DNA of 64,000 nucleotides from an uncultured bacterium (GTDB lineage Bacteria; Chlamydiota; Chlamydiia; Chlamydiales; VFKH01): NCBI GenBank assembly GCA_964596685.1, contig CAZQVA010000001.1, positions 64,881 to 128,880 of the forward strand, read 5' to 3'. Shown piece by piece: positions 62,365 to 64,000 of this stretch (position 1 is its first letter; each line of letters starts with the position of its first letter). The notes under the pieces were generated by a model. It saw only the letters and a program-made list of their open reading frames with translations, ran no database searches and was not told where the DNA came from. The position numbers and the translations under genes were made by a program.

Positions 62365-63717
62365 ATGCGTACATTACTTAAAGTTGCCATTGTCGGACGT
62401 CCCAATGTTGGGAAGTCTGCCCTATTTAACCGAATCGCGGAGCGCAAGATCTCCATCGTGGATGAAGCTGAAGGCGTAACTCGCGACCGCCTTTATTCTC
62501 ATGCAGATTATTTCGGAAAGCCCTTCACGATCATCGACACGGGGGGAATTGACCCACGCTCTAAAGCCACATTCAATGAAGAAGTGCGCGAACAGGCGCT
62601 GCTGGCAATTGACGAAGCCGATTCTTTGATTCTCGTTGTCGACGGGCATGTCGGAATGACCCTTCTCGATCTGGAAGTGGCAAAGATCCTTTTGCAATCA
62701 GGTAAACCGGTATGCGTTGCCGTTAATAAGTTAGATGCCCCTTCGCATGAATGGTTACTTGGAAATTTCCTTGGGCTTGGTATTGAAAAGGTGGTTCCTG
62801 TATCTGCCATACAGGGTACCCACATAGCTGAACTTCTCGAAGCAGCTTTGGCTCCTTTTCGCGCCAAAGACTTTCCGCGCACACTCCCCAAAGATCGCGC
62901 GACTAAAGTTGCCATCATTGGACGTCCCAACACAGGCAAGTCCACACTCGTGAATTACTTCCTACAAGAACCTCGCTGCATCGTCAGCCCTATTGCAGGA
63001 ACTACAAGAGATAGCATTGACCTGCCATTTACCTGGCAAGATCGCGAGTACACTCTCATCGATACTGCTGGGATTCGCCGCAAGCAGAAAGAAACCGACG
63101 TGATTGAAAAATTTGCTTCAATTCGCACAGAGCGCGCCATTGAAAGGGCCGACGTATGTGTCGTTATGTTTGATGCACAGCAGGGGATCACCACGCAAGA
63201 AAAAGCGATCATCAATCAGATCGAAGAAGCTGGCAAGGGCTGCGTCTTCTTTTTCAACAAATGGGATCTTGTCCACGGCTTCCGCATGGAACACTGCCTT
63301 AAAGATCTTGAAGAGAGCAACCCCTTTGTAAAACATTGTCCCAAAATTTTTGGCTCCGCACTAACAGGTCGCAATGTTGATGAAATTCTAGATCAGGTTG
63401 ATCACGTCTACAAAGCATTGACACAGAAAATCACAACGGGAAAACTGAACAAGTGTATTGAGCGAGCTCTACAAAAGACACATCCCGCAATGATTCAAGG
63501 CAAGCGTTTGCGTGTTTACTACATGGTACAAACCGCTCATACACCACCTGCCTTTACTCTCTTCGTCAACTATCCCGAGTTAATGCAAGCGAGTTATAAG
63601 AAATACCTCATTAACCAGCTGCGCACAGACTTCGATCTAACGGGCGTCCCTGTACGTTTTGAGTTAAAAGGTAAAATGAAAAAAGAAGATCTTCCCCAGA
63701 AGATTAACAACAACTAA
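62365..63717 (+). CDS. der: Ribosome-biogenesis GTPase Der (EngA)
   Basis: 450 aa with two tandem GTPase domains (GRPNVGKSALFN and GRPNTGKSTLVN; DTGG and DTAG; NKLD and NKWD) plus a KH-like C-terminus. Confidence 0.96.
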   Translation: MRTLLKVAIVGRPNVGKSALFNRIAERKISIVDEAEGVTRDRLYSHADYFGKPFTIIDTGGIDPRSKATFNEEVREQALLAIDEADSLILVVDGHVGMTLLDLEVAKILLQSGKPVCVAVNKLDAPSHEWLLGNFLGLGIEKVVPVSAIQGTHIAELLEAALAPFRAKDFPRTLPKDRATKVAIIGRPNTGKSTLVNYFLQEPRCIVSPIAGTTRDSIDLPFTWQDREYTLIDTAGIRRKQKETDVIEKFASIRTERAIERADVCVVMFDAQQGITTQEKAIINQIEEAGKGCVFFFNKWDLVHGFRMEHCLKDLEESNPFVKHCPKIFGSALTGRNVDEILDQVDHVYKALTQKITTGKLNKCIERALQKTHPAMIQGKRLRVYYMVQTAHTPPAFTLFVNYPELMQASYKKYLINQLRTDFDLTGVPVRFELKGKMKKEDLPQKINNN

Positions 63718-63723
63718 TCGCCT

Positions 63724-63751
63724 ATAGGCGTGGAATTAATCCCACGCCTAT
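63724..63751 (+). terminator. Possible terminator hairpin downstream of der
   Basis: 10-bp perfect stem ATAGGCGTGG/CCACGCCTAT with an 8-nt loop, 7 nt after the der stop. There is no adjacent U tract (the T run lies about 25 nt further on), hence the low confidence. Confidence 0.4.
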
Positions 63752-63862
63752 CTTCTACACCCTATTCCTGATGATTTTTTTTCTGATGCTGCAAAATTCT
63801 TAGGCGGCATAAAAAGGTCATGTTATACTCGGCAGCAGTTCTACATTAACCCCCACTTTCTT

Positions 63863-64000
63863 ATGCTGGATATACGACTTTTACGCCAAACTCCCAATAA
63901 TATCCAAGAACGCCTTCGCACAAAAGATCCACAGATTGATATTGCACCTGTGGTGGCTCTGGATCAGCGTTTACGCGAATTAAAAACCCAAAGCGAGTCT
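63863..64000 (+). CDS. serS: Seryl-tRNA synthetase, 5' fragment (runs off the window)
   Basis: Hand translation MLDIRLLRQTPNNIQERLRTKDPQIDIAPVVALDQRLRELKTQSES matches the SerS N-terminal coiled-coil arm start (MLDI+L+R..P..+...L..+). Confidence 0.8.
   Translation, partial: MLDIRLLRQTPNNIQERLRTKDPQIDIAPVVALDQRLRELKTQSES

Noticed and set aside
62508-62945. 145-aa ORF on the minus strand
   Set aside because: It is antisense to der, whose two GTPase domains are unambiguous.
1-64000. Prophage, genomic island with integrase, toxin-antitoxin or restriction/defence system
   Set aside because: I looked for integrase, transposase, Cas, restriction-modification, abortive-infection or small paired-ORF signatures on both strands and found none. 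The only mobile-DNA traces are the three non-coding palindromic elements.

Overview
This 64-kb chromosomal segment reads as a member of the phylum Chlamydiae, probably an environmental (non-Chlamydiaceae) lineage. That assignment is my inference from gene content, not a search result. The supporting evidence is a ytgABCD metal-uptake operon with a permease-DtxR fusion, a ~1000-aa PBP2, a eukaryote-type UDP-sugar pyrophosphorylase, an LcrH-type T3SS chaperone beside an Inc-like protein, and a short hemC.

The backbone is highly conserved and confidently called. It comprises rpsB-tsf-pyrH-frr; tRNA-Thr-tuf-tRNA-Trp-secE-nusG-rplKAJL-rpoBC; and infA, rpmG, der, htpG, gpsA, radA, tadA, rseP, lolCE/D and the serS 5' end. 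There are 8 tRNA genes, no rRNA and no CRISPR array. No transposase, integrase or phage genes were seen.

Several accessory or unusual blocks are interleaved with this backbone:
- A Wzy/Wza/Wzc-like polysaccharide export cluster (78-5182).
- A VIT plus P1B-4 ATPase metal-efflux pair.
- A GH3(NagZ)-DUF1343(NamZ) fusion with a divergent DUF1343 paralog (16.9-20.8 kb).
- A secreted EEP-fold protein and orphan ORFs around tRNA-Pro (29.5-33.4 kb).
- A candidate effector module at 57.3-62.3 kb, which I rank highest. It holds a protein with a myotubularin/SopB-like CX5R motif, a T3SS class II chaperone, a protein with a bilobed hydrophobic domain, and a secreted Trp- and Pro-rich repeat protein.

Three MITE-like palindromic insertions sit next to tRNA genes. 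All protein calls rest on motif and architecture recognition by eye from the supplied translations. No database search, HMM or folding computation was run.
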